Under the pieces are notes generated by a model. The model searched no databases, had not been told where the DNA came from, and worked only from the letters and a program-made list of their open reading frames with translations. A stretch of DNA of 61,942 nucleotides, counting the filler, from Chiloscyllium plagiosum (taxonomy: Eukaryota), in the NCBI RefSeq assembly GCF_004010195.1. It is 4 parts of one record of this genome, joined end to end, with 100 filler letters (N's around TTAATTAATTAA, not from the genome) between each part and the next. Parts side by side here need not be neighbours in the genome. Positions count along the whole stretch, not along the records: positions 11,770 to 36,034 come from NC_057716.1; 3 more parts are not named here. One strand, 5' to 3'. Shown in pieces: positions 12,210-22,971 of this stretch; position 1 is the first letter of the stretch; each line of letters opens with the position of its first letter. Both the position numbers and the translations under genes were made by a program.

Positions 12210-13701
12210 CTTTATTCATCTCAGCATTGAGTACAGGAGTTGGAAGTACAAGAGTTGCGGCTGTACCAGACATTGGTTAGGCCACTTTTCGAATATTGTG
12301 TGCAAATCTGGTCTCCTCCCTTTTGGAAGGATATTGTGAAACTTGGAAGGGTTCAGAAAAGATTTACAAAGCTGTTGCCAGGGTTGCAGGATTTGAGCTA
12401 TGGGGACAGTTTGAATAGGCTGGGGCTGTTTTCCCTGGAACGTCGGAGGCTGAGGGGTGACCTATAGGCCTGGTGAAGTGTCCTGTACATCTTAACAAGG
12501 TGACTTGAACCTTCTAAGTGCAGTCGCAGGTAGATAGGATAATGAAGAAAGCATTTAGCATGCTTTCCTTTATTGGTCAGAACATAGAGTATAGGAGTTG
12601 GGAGGTCATGTTGTGGCTGTACAGACCACTTTTGGAATATTGCGTGCAATTCTGGTCTTCCGATCGGAAGGATGTTGTGAAACTTGAAAGGGTGCAGAAA
12701 AGATTTACAAGGATGTTGTCAGGGTTGGAGGGTTTGAGCTAAAAGGAGAGGCTGAACAGGCTGGGAATGTTTTCCCTGGAGCATCGGAGGTTGAGGGGGT
12801 GACCTTATAGAGGTTTATAAAATCATGAGGGGCATGAGTAGGATAAATAGAGAAGGTATTTTCCGTGGGGTGGGGGAGTCCAGAACTAGAAAGGCATAGG
12901 TTTAGGGTGAGAGGGGAAAGATATAGAAGAGATCTGAGGTGCAATTTTTTTCTCACAGAGGGTGGTATGTACATGGAATGAGCTGCCAGAGGAAATGGTG
13001 GAGGCTGATACGATTGCAACATTTAAAACATCTGGATGGGTATATGAATAGGATGGGTTTGGAGGAATATGGGTCGGGTGCTGGCAGGTGGGACTAGATT
13101 GGGTTGGGATATCTGGTCGGCATGGACAAGTTGGACTGAAGGGTCTGTTTCCATGCTGTACCTCTCTATGACTATATGTCTAAGTTTAAAGTGTGATCTA
13201 ATTGAAGTCTACATGATATCAACAGGATAAGACAGGGTAGATAAAGATAAATTGTTTCCACTGATTAGGAATTAGGGGCAGGCTGTTCAGGAGAGATATT
13301 AAGAAGCACCTCTAGACACAAAGGGTGGCAGAGGTTTGGAACTCTCTTCCAAAGTGGAATTATGATAAGTTTTATCAATCTGAGATGGACCTTTCTTTAT
13401 AAAGCAAATGCATTAAGGAGTATGGGCCATAGGCAGGTATATACAGTTAGGCCATAGAGCAACCATGATCTCTCTGAATGGTGCTATCTTGGATCACAGG
13501 TTGAATCAAAATGTTTTTTTTCAGATTCAGTTAAATGTAGTTAAGAGAAGACTCAACAATAGCAATTTGCGTAAATAGGAACATTTATTCAATAACAATA
13601 AAAGATGGAAAAAGAAACAAAAATAAAAGACTGAACTATGAACATCTATTAAGTATTCAAAAAATATGGAGAAAGGAAAAAAAGAAAGCAATGAGCCTCA
13701 C

Positions 13702-13823
13702 ATCTTCCTGCACGTCGGGAATCCCTCAATCGACGGCTGGTCTGGAGGCTTAGGTTGTTACTGGCATTGTTCATGTTTCTAGTCCAAGGGTGATGTCTGA
13801 TGACTTGGAATGAAACTCTCTTG
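13702..13823 (-). CDS. Candidate host exon, possibly the end of a Ser/Thr kinase domain
   Basis: Apparently non-repetitive DNA; long pyrimidine tract then ...tataAG; open frame (S)KRVSFQVIRHHPWTRNMNNASNNLSLQTSRRLRDSRRAGR; donor GTGAGG. No homology search was run. Confidence 0.35.
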
Positions 13824-14629
13824 CTTATACAGCATAACAAACAAATAGCACAGAGGGAAAACAGATACAGAAGACAAAACTGCTTGCTGGTACTGAAAAT
13901 AAGTTTTGATTGTGCTGTTTGCGGCATTTATGGGAATGTTCATTCAAGATTATGTAGCTTGTCGAGTATCATCGACAATTTCAGCCCTTCAGCCCATCCA
14001 ATACAATCTATTTTCTCATGCAGCTGTCGAATATCATCATTATCTTTTAGCCCTTAGGGACAAGCTTGAGGGGCTCAATGGCCTACTCATATTCCTATAT
14101 TCTTCCTGAGACTCTCTGAAAACATAAACACACATAATCCAATATTCAGAATTCATCTTTTTGTCTGAAGAGCTGTCATAGAGATCTACAGTACAGAAGC
14201 TGCAGTCCAACTTAACAGAGTCCCATTTGCCAGCATTTGGCACATACCCTTCGAATTCATATATCCAGATCTCCTCCTAAACGAGCCACCTGGTATGGCT
14301 TGGCAACCTTCTGGCTTCTGAAGCGGCCTCCATGTATGTTGCGGGCACAGTGTGCGGCCAGAGCCTGGAGCGGACTAGAAGCGAGATGTCAACATGGTCT
14401 GCTGTACTGAACGTTTATTTCTGCAGCGCTGGACATTTTATTTCTGCATCGCCTAAATCTTATAACCAAAGAAGCTGTGCATAGGTACTTTGTGTCTAAG
14501 TCGGCACTGTAATTGGCGACATATAAACATTGAGTACATGTGACAATAAAGGCTATTCTATAATGGAACTACATTAACCTACCACCACTGTTACAGCATC
14601 TCACCCACGGCTATCAAAGCCCCTAAATT

Positions 14630-14838
14630 ATTTTCAATGGATCTCTTATCTCATGTCTATAGACCATTTTGAATAGACTAAACCAAATAGATTCATTTGG
14701 GGAATATCTGGCAGATAATAATAATTTAATCTTCTGCTCCAATCCTGTGGGTAGTTCATGACTAAAGACTTTTATCATTGTTTTGAAAGTCTAATAGCAT
14801 TTCTTCAAAGCTCCCTATGTTTGTGGATGATAGGCAGT
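14630..14838 (-). mobile_element. Gypsy integrase core C-terminal fragment
   Basis: TAYHPQT*GALKKCY*TFKTMIK...PQDW...SPNESIWFSLFKMVYRHEIRDPLK, compared with the recalled consensus AYHPQSQGALER..QTLKTM...GFSPFELVYGH.VRGPL. Confidence 0.7.
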
Positions 14839-14839
14839 T

Positions 14840-16040
14840 AACATAGAACATTACAACAGAACAGATCCTTTGGCCCTAGATGTTGCGCTGCCCTGTGAAA
14901 CCGCTCTGAAGCCCATCTAACCTACACTATTTCATTCTCATGCATATGCCTATCCACTGACCATTTAAATGCCTGTAAAAGTTGGCGAGTCTACAACTGT
15001 TGTAGACAGTGCATTCCACGCCCCTACTACTCCCGGAGTAAAGAAACTACCTCTGACATCTGTCCTATATCTATCACCCCTCAATTTGAAGCTATGACAC
15101 GGTGACCTGAACTGCATGCAATACTCCAGGTGCAACAGCACCAAAATTTTGTACAGCTACAGCATGACCTCATAGTCATGGTTCTGAAACTCTATCCCTC
15201 TATTAATAAAAGCTAACACACCTTATGTCTGGTTAACAGCCCGATCAACCTGGGTGGCAACTTTGAAGGATCTAAAATGCCCGTTTATCAATTCTTGAGT
15301 TTTCTGTCTTCCTACATGTCCTACCATAGGAATTTTATGAGCTACTCACAATATCTCTTGGTAACTTCTAGGTCTGCTAATACCACTATTTAACTGTCCA
15401 TTCCTCATAGAGTCAAAGTCATACAGTACAGAAACAGATCCCTTTGGTCCAAATGGTTCATGCTGAGCTTTTCCCAAATTAGTCCCACCTGTCTATGGTG
15501 TCCCATATCCCTCCAAACCTTTCCTACACATGTACTTATCCTAACAGCTTTTAAATGGTGTAATTGTACCTGCGCCCACCACTTCCTCTGGCAGTTCATT
15601 CCACAGTAACCACTATCTGTATAAAACAGTTGACCCTCAGGTTTAAATGTTTCTCCTCACCTTAAAAATATGCTCCATTGTTTTGAACTCCCATCTCAAC
15701 CTCCTACATTCCAGTGAAAAATGTCCCAGCCTATCCAACTCCACACAACTCAAACGCTCCATATCTGGCAACATCCTGGTAAATCTTCTCTAAATCCTTT
15801 CCAGTTTAATAATATCCTTCCGGTAACAGAACGACCAGAACTGCACACAGTAGTCCAAAAGAGGCCTCACCAATGTTCTGTACATCTCAACATGATGTCC
15901 CAACTCCGACACTCAATGGTCTAAACAATAAAGGCTTGCATTCTAAACATCTTTTTACCCCATCTTAACAACCCTGTCTACCTGTAATACAAATTTTAAA
16001 AAATTATGTAGCTGAACACCTAGGTCTCTGTTCTACAACA
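14840..16040 (-). mobile_element. Two CR1 3' fragments separated by a Gypsy remnant
   Basis: 3' tails at ~14840 and ~15407; RT C-terminal motifs. Confidence 0.8.
15274..15406 (-). mobile_element. Gypsy integrase zinc-binding (H2C2) fragment
   Basis: EEWTV..IVV...QEIL*VAHKIPMVGHVGRQKTQELINGHF. Confidence 0.65.
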
Positions 16041-16448
16041 CTTCGTTGCATAAGAACAAAGACAAAGAACAAAAAAAATTTACAGCCCAGGAACAGGCCC
16101 TTTGGCCCTCAAGCCTGAGTCGATCCAAATGTACTGTCTAAACCTGTCGGTCAATTCTTAAGCATCTGTATCCCTCTGCTCCCCACCTACTCATGCATTT
16201 GTCCAGACTCATCTTAAATGAATCTCCCGTGCCTGCCTCTACCACCTTTTCTGGTAACGCATTCCAAATGTCCACACCCTCTGTGTGAAGTACTTGCTGC
16301 ATGTATCCCCCTTAAACTTTCCACCTCTCACCTTGAAAGCGTGACCTCTTGTTATTGAATCCTTCAGTCTGGGAAAAAGCTTGTCTCTATCCACCCTGTC
16401 TATACCCTTCATGATTTTGTAAACCTTAGTCAGGACCCCCTCAATCTC

Positions 16449-16624
16449 AGCAGTCTGGCACATCTGTAAGGAGAGAAAAGAGCTGACGTTTCGAGTCTAA
16501 CTGACCCTTTGTCAAAGCTTAGACAAAGGGTCAGTTAGACTCGAAACGTCAGCTCTTTTCTCTCCTTACAGATGCTGCCAGACCTGCTGAGATTTTCCAG
16601 CATCCGCAGTAATTTGCTATTATT
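16449..16624. mobile_element. Fold-back PLE-derived mini-element with two opposed hammerhead motifs and a 13-bp TSD
   Basis: Arms inverted about AGCT at 16516-16519; TSD ccccctcaatctc 16436-16448 / ccgcctcaatctc 16625-16637; interrupts a CR1. Confidence 0.85.
16481..16519 (-). ncRNA. Hammerhead ribozyme, U3-A8 core variant
   Basis: AGCT-TTGACAA-A-GGGTC-agtta-GACTC-GAAA-CGTC-AGCT; stems I and II pair. Confidence 0.7.
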
Positions 16625-18559
16625 CCGCCTCAATCTCCTTTGTTCTAATGAAAATAAACCTAACCTAGTCAATCTTTCTTCATAGCTAGCACCTTCCATA
16701 CCAGACAACATCCTCGTAGACATTCTTTCACCCTCTCCAAAGCGTCCACATCCTTTTGGTAATGTGGCGACCAGAACTGTACAGTATTTTAAATGCGGCC
16801 AAACCAATGTCTTGTACAATGTTAACATGACCTGCCACCTCTTATGCTCAATACCCCGTCCAATGAAGGCAAGCATATTATATACCTTCTTGACCACTCT
16901 ATCCACCTATGCAGCAACCTTCAGGCTACAATGGACCTGCACTCCCAGATCTGTCTGCCCATCAACTTTTCCCAAGGCTCTTCCGTTCATTGTATAATTC
17001 GCTCTAGAATTAGTCTTGCCTAAATGCATCACCTCACATTTATCTAGATTGAAGTCCATCTGCCACTTTTCCACCCAACTCTCCAGTCTATCTATATCCT
17101 CCTGTATTCTCTGACAGTCCCTTATGCTTTCTGCTACTCCACCAATCTTCGTGTCATCTGCAAACTTGCTGATCAGACCAACAGTGCCCTCTTCCAGATC
17201 ATTTATGTATATCACAAACAACAGTGGCCCCAATACTGACCCCTGTGGAACACCACTCATCACCTTTCTCCATTTCGAGAAACTCCCTGTTTCCTGTTGC
17301 TCAACCAGTTCTTTATCCACCTGGCTAGAACACCCTGCACACCATGTGACTTCACTTTCTCCATTAGTCTACCCATGGGGAACCTTATCAAACGCCTTAC
17401 TAAAGTCCATGTATATGACATCAACAGCCCTTCTTTCATCTATCAACTTGGTCACTTCCTCGAAGAACTCTATTAAGTTGGTAAGGCGTGCTCTCCCCCG
17501 CACAAAACCATGTTGCCTATCACTGATAAGCCCATTCGTTTCTAAATATAAATAGATCCTATCCCTCAGTACCTTCTCCAGCAACTTGCCCACCACTGAC
17601 GTCAGGCTCACTGGTCTGTAGTTACCCGGAATATCCCTACTACCCTTCCTGTACAGGGGGACAACATGAACAACCCTCCAGTCCTCCGGCATCTCCGGTA
17701 TTTAAGGATGCCACAAAGATATCTGGCAGGGCCCCAGCTATTTCCTCTCTCGCTTCCCTCCGCAACCTGGGATAGATCCCCTCCGGTCCTGGGGATCTGT
17801 CTACCTTAATAACCTCTAGCCTACCCAACACATCTTCCCTACTTATGTCAACATGATCCAGACTAATCAAACTTCTATCTCTAATCTCAACATTCATTAT
17901 GTTCCTCTCAGTGAACACTGATGCAAAGTAATCATTCAGAATCCCACCCATTCGCTCAGGTTTGACACACAGCCTTCCTTTGTTATCCTTTAGTTGACCA
18001 ATCCTTTCTCTAGTTACCTGCTTGCTTCTTATTTAAAAATAAAATGTTTTGGGATTCTCCTTAATTCTGCTCACTAAAGCTATTTCATGACCCCTTTCAG
18101 CCCGCTTGATTCCTCGTTTAAGACTTGTCCTACTCTTCCGATATTCCTCCAAGGCCTGTTCTGTTCTTAGCTGCCTGCACCTTATGTATGCTTCCCTTTT
18201 CCTTTTGGCTAGTTGTACAACTTCTCCTGTCATCCAGGGTTCACAAATCTTGCCCTTCCTATCCTTTGCCTTCAACAGGACAGGTCTAACCTGCGCTCTC
18301 TTTAACTAAACTTTGAAAGCCTCCCACATCTCAAATGTGGACTTCCCTTCAAATAGCTGTGTCCAACCCACATTTCTGAGCTCCTGCCTAATTTTGATAT
18401 AATCGGCCTTGGCCCAGTTTAGTACTCTTCCCTTAGGATCACACTCTTCTTTATCTACGAGTATTCTAAAACTTGCAGAATTGTGGTCACTGTTCCCAAA
18501 TAAATCCCCCATCGCAACTTCTACCGCCTAACCTGGCTCATTCCCCAGTAACAAGTCTG

Positions 18560-19410
18560 CCCATGTTTGTTTTACCAAAATGCAATACCTCACATTTATC
18601 CAAATTAAACTCCATTTGCCACTCCTTAACCCATTGACTCAATTGATGAATATCTCTTTGCAATTTTAGATAACCTTTTTCACTGTCCACTATACCACCA
18701 ATTCAGTTTCATCTGACCATGCCTCCTACATTCTCATCCAAATCATTTAAAGAAATGACAAACTGAAGTAGACCCAGCACCAATCCTTGTGGAACACTGC
18801 TTGCCACAGGCCTCCAGTTGGAAAACCAACAATCCAGCACTACTCTCTGTCTCCCTCTGGAGTACTGTGTGCTGTTTTGGTCACCACATTATCAGAAGAA
18901 CGTGGAAGCATTCGAGAGTATGCAAAGACGGTTCACCAGAATGTTGTTTGGTCTCGAAGGCATTGGCTGTGAGGAAAGGTTAAAAAGACTAGATTGTTTT
19001 CATTGGAAAAACGGCATCTGAGACAAGACCAGATGGAGGTCTACAACATTATGAGATGTATAGATAGGGTGGATAGTCAGAGGCTTTTCCCAGGGTTGAA
19101 GTTTCAATTACAAGGGGGCACAGGTTCAAAATGAGAGGGGGACAATTTAAAGAGATGTGTGAGGGATGTTTTTCATGCGGGAAGTGATAGGAGCCTAGAA
19201 TGCACTGCCAGAAGAGGTGATGGAAGCAGGCATGTTAGCGAAATTTAAGAAGCATCTGGATGGTTACATGAATACGGATGGAATAGAGGGATATGGACTA
19301 AAGAAGGGCAGAAGGCTCATTTTTTTAGTTGTGTTAGGGCATGATGATTGGCATAGGCTTGATGGGAGCAAGGGCCTGTTCCTGTGCTGCACTTCTCTTT
19401 TGTTCTTTGA
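18560..19410. mobile_element. CR1 fragments: minus-strand RT piece (18560-18850) and plus-strand 3' end (18850-19410)
   Basis: LEYCVLFWSPHYQKNVEAFESMQRRFTRML on +; GSVLG-type motif on -. Confidence 0.8.
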
Positions 19411-20865
19411 ATAGATAATAGACAATAGGTGCAAGAGTAGGCCATTCTGCCCTTCGAGCCTGCACCACCATTCATTATGATCATGGCTGATCATCCTCAA
19501 TCAGTATCCAGTTCCTGCCTTATCTCCATAACCCTTGATTCCACTATCCTTGAGAGCTCTATCCAACTCTTTCTTAAACGAATCCAGNNNNNNNNNNNNN
19601 NNNNNNNNNNNNNNNNNNNNNNNNNNNNNNNNNNNNNNNNNNNNNNNNNNNNNNNNNNNNNNNNNNNNNNNNNNNNNNNNNNNNNNNNNNNNNNNNNNNN
19701 NNNNNNNNNNNNNNNNNNNNNNNNNNNNNNNNNNNNNNNNNNNNNNNNNNNNNNNNNNNNNNNNNNNNNNNNNNNNNNNNNNNNNNNNNNNNNNNNNNNN
19801 NNNNNNNNNNNNNNNNNNNNNNNNNNNNNNNNNNNNNNNNNNNNNNNNNNNNNNNNNNNNNNNNNNNNNNNNNNNNNNNNNNNNNNNNNNNNNNNNNNNN
19901 NNNNNNNNNNNNNNNNNNNNNNNNNNNNNNNNNNNNNNNNNNNNNNNNNNNNNNNNNNNNNNNNNNNNNNNNNNNNNNNNNNNNNNNNNNNNNNNNNNNN
20001 NNNNNNNNNNNNNNNNNNNNNNNNNNNNNNNNNNNNNNNNNNNNNNNNNNNNNNNNNNNNNNNNNNNNNNNNNNNNNNNNNNNNNNNNNNNNNNNNNNNN
20101 NNNNNNNNNNNNNNNNNNNNNNNNNNNNNNNNNNNNNNNNNNNNNNNNNNNNNNNNNNNNNNNNNNNNNNNNNNNNNNNNNNNNNNNNNNNNNNNNNNNN
20201 NNNNNNNNNNNNNNNNNNNTTGTAAAAAGCTGCGGTCCCAGCACTGATCCCTGCGGTACCCCACTGGTCACCGCCTGCCATTCTGAAAGGGAGCTGTTTA
20301 TCACTATTCTTTCTTTCCTGTCAGCCAACCAATTTTCAATCCAAGTCAGTACTTTGCCCCCAATACCATGCGCCCTAATTTTGCTCACTAACCTCCTATG
20401 TGGGACTTTATCAAAAGCTTTCTGAAAGTCCAGGTACACTACATCCACTGGATCTCTCTTGTCCATCTTCAGAGTTACATCCTCAAACAATTCCAGAAGA
20501 TTAGTCCCCTTCATAAATCCATGCTGCATCTGACCTATCCTTTTCCTGCTATCCAGATGTGTCGTAATTTCATCCTTTATAATTGACTCCAGCATCTTTC
20601 CCACCACTGAGGTCAGACTAACTGGTCTATAATTTCCTGCTTTCTCTATCGCTCCTTTCTTAAAAAGTGGTATAACATTAGCCACCCTCCAATCCGCAAG
20701 AACTGATCCTGAATCTATCGAACTCTGGAAAATAATCACCAACGCATCCACGATTTCTCGAGCCACCTTCTTTAGTACTCTGGGATGTAGACCATCAGGC
20801 CCCGGGGACTTATCAGCCTTCAGACCTAACAGTCTCTCCAACACCAATTCCTGGCAAATATAAAT
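19411..20865 (-). mobile_element. Young CR1 3' half (RT), gap 19588-20219
   Basis: Open reading LKADKSPGPDGLHPRVLK...NYRPVSLTS...YLDFQKAFDKVPHRRL...[13 protein letters not shown]; tail with short tandem repeat. Confidence 0.92.
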
Positions 20866-21049
20866 GTAAAAACAAATTTTGTATCCATTTAGCAAGCTCA
20901 CTCTGAATCCCATGTAATCTAACTTTGCTAATCAGTCTACCATGCAGAACCTTATCAAATACTTTACTAAAGTCCGAGTAAACAATGTTTACTGCTCTGC
21001 CTTCACCAATCTTTTTCAAATATCCCTGAGGATATCTCTACCCCTAAAG

Positions 21050-22560
21050 TAGTGGACAGGGGAACGTGTATGGATGGTGTTTACATGGATTCCCAGAAGC
21101 CATTTGGGTAAAGTCCCGCATAAGAGATTATTAACTAAGATACATGCCCATGAAAATGAGGGCAAATTACTGACATAGCTGGGAAACTGGTTAATTGGCA
21201 GGTGACAGAAATAGGGATACTGGAATGGAATTCAAATTGGCAGGATGTGACCAGAGGTCACATTATTTTATTAAAGACTTGGAAAATAGAAATTCATATA
21301 TCCAAATTTGCTGATGAGACAACGTTAGTCAACATTGTAGACAGTGTAGATGATAGCATAAAATTACAAAGGGACATTGATTGACTAAATGAATGAGCAA
21401 AACTGAGATAGATGGAGTTCAATGAGATTATGCATTTTGGACAGAAAAAGGATAAGTGAGGATACTTTCTAGATGGTATGAAGTTAAATACAGTGGCTGT
21501 CCAAAGAGACTTGGGGGGTTTAGGTGCATACATCTCTAAAATGTCAGGAAATGGAGTCGCAGGTAGATACGATAGTGAAGAAGGCGTTTGGTATGCTTTC
21601 TTTTATTGGTCAGAGTATTGAGTACAGGAGTTGGGAGGTCATGTTGCGGCTGTACAGGACATTGGTTAGGCCATTGTTGGAATATTGTGTGCAATTCTGG
21701 TCTCCTTCCTATCAGAAAGATCTTGTGAAACTTGAAGGGGTTCAGAAAAGATTTACGAGGATGTTGCCAGGGTTGGAGGATTTGAGCTATAGGGAGAGGC
21801 TGAACAGGCTGGGGCTGTTTTCCCTGGAGCGTCAGAGGTTGAGAGGTGACCTTATAGAAGTTTATAAGATAATGATGGGTATAGATGGAGTTAATGGTGG
21901 TTGTCTTTTCCCTAGGATGTGGGATTTCAAGACTACGGGGCACATTTTTAAGGTGAGAAGAGAAAGATTTTAAAAAGACATGAGGGGCAAATTTTTTATA
22001 TAGAGAGTGTTTTGCATGTGGAATGAACTGCCAGAGGTGGTGGCAGATGCAGGTACAGTTACATTTTAAAAGACATTTGGATAGATACACAAATAGGAAA
22101 GGTTTGGAAGGATATGGGCCAGGAGCAGGTAGGTGAGACTAGTTTAGTTTGGGACTATATTCGGCATGGACCAGTTGTACCGAAGGGTCTGTTTTCATGC
22201 TTACGAATCTATGACTCTATATTAACAGGAAAAGACAGGATAGATAGAGATAAACTATTTCCACTGGTTGGGAATTCTAGAACTAGATGGTAGAATCTGA
22301 AAGTTCGGGCCAGACCGTGCAGGCGAGATATTAGGAAGCACATTCAACATACAAAGAGTGGGAGAGATTTGGAACTTTCTTCCACAAATTACAGTGTATG
22401 CTGGATCAGATGTTAATTTTAAATATGAGGTAAGTACATTTTTATGAAGCAAAGATATTAAGGAATATGGACCACGAGCAGGTATATGAAGTTAAGCCAC
22501 ATATCAGGCATGACCTCATTGAATAGTGGCTGAATGGTCTGGTCCTGTTCCAAGTTCCAA
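21050..22560 (+). mobile_element. Nested CR1 RT and 3' fragments
   Basis: ISKFADET; IEYRSWEVMLRLYRTLVRPLLEYCVQFWSP...RLRGDLIEVYK. Confidence 0.85.
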
Positions 22561-22835
22561 TAACTCAATTTTCAGTAAAATAACACCCTAGTACTTCACA
22601 GCCTTAGCTTCAGTGTAAGCTGCCTGTGCAAACCTTTTTAACTCTGGATCTGCTTCCTGATCCTTTATTTAATGAAGACATGCCAAACAGTTTCTTTGAA
22701 TTACCCCTTTTTTAAGTATAGTTTCAGCTTTTCTAACAGTTGCTTGTGGAATTTCTATGACCTTTGGAGATGGACTTTGCTGAGCCATTGCTCTGATCAC
22801 CAGACATGATGAAAAATATCTGGAACCTATTCCTG
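22560..22835 (-). mobile_element. Gypsy pol fragment upstream of the integrase zinc finger (Gmr1-like, inferred)
   Basis: FSSCLVIRAMAQQ...IKDQEADPELKRFAQAAYTEAKAVK..CYFTEN; resembles the recalled FPSCVVTRAM..Q.ADP.L..CYF segment of fish Gypsy elements. Confidence 0.55.
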
Positions 22836-22971
22836 TAACTAAAAACTGAAAGAACTGCAGATGCTGGAGATCAGAAACTAAAAGAGAAATTGACGAAAAA
22901 TTTCAGGTCTGGCAGCAACTGTGAAGAGAAATCAGAGTTAACATTTTGACTCCAGTGATGCTTCTTCAGAC
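22836..22971 (-). mobile_element. Solo PLE terminal unit, old family, degenerate hammerhead
   Basis: Minus strand tCTGAAGA-agcatc-actg-gagtc-AAAA-tgtt-aactctg...ccagcatctgcagttc. Confidence 0.7.

Larger units (their letters stand above)
11375..13490 (+). mobile_element. Stack of CR1 3' fragments hosting a PLE insertion
   Basis: Repeated LVRPL.EYCVQFWS..D.VKLERVQKRFTRML..LGLFSLERRRLRGDL segments with 3' tails. Confidence 0.85.
16050..18560 (-). mobile_element. CR1 ORF2 (APE end, RT, 3' tail), 5'-truncated
   Basis: [65 protein letters not shown]. Confidence 0.92.
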
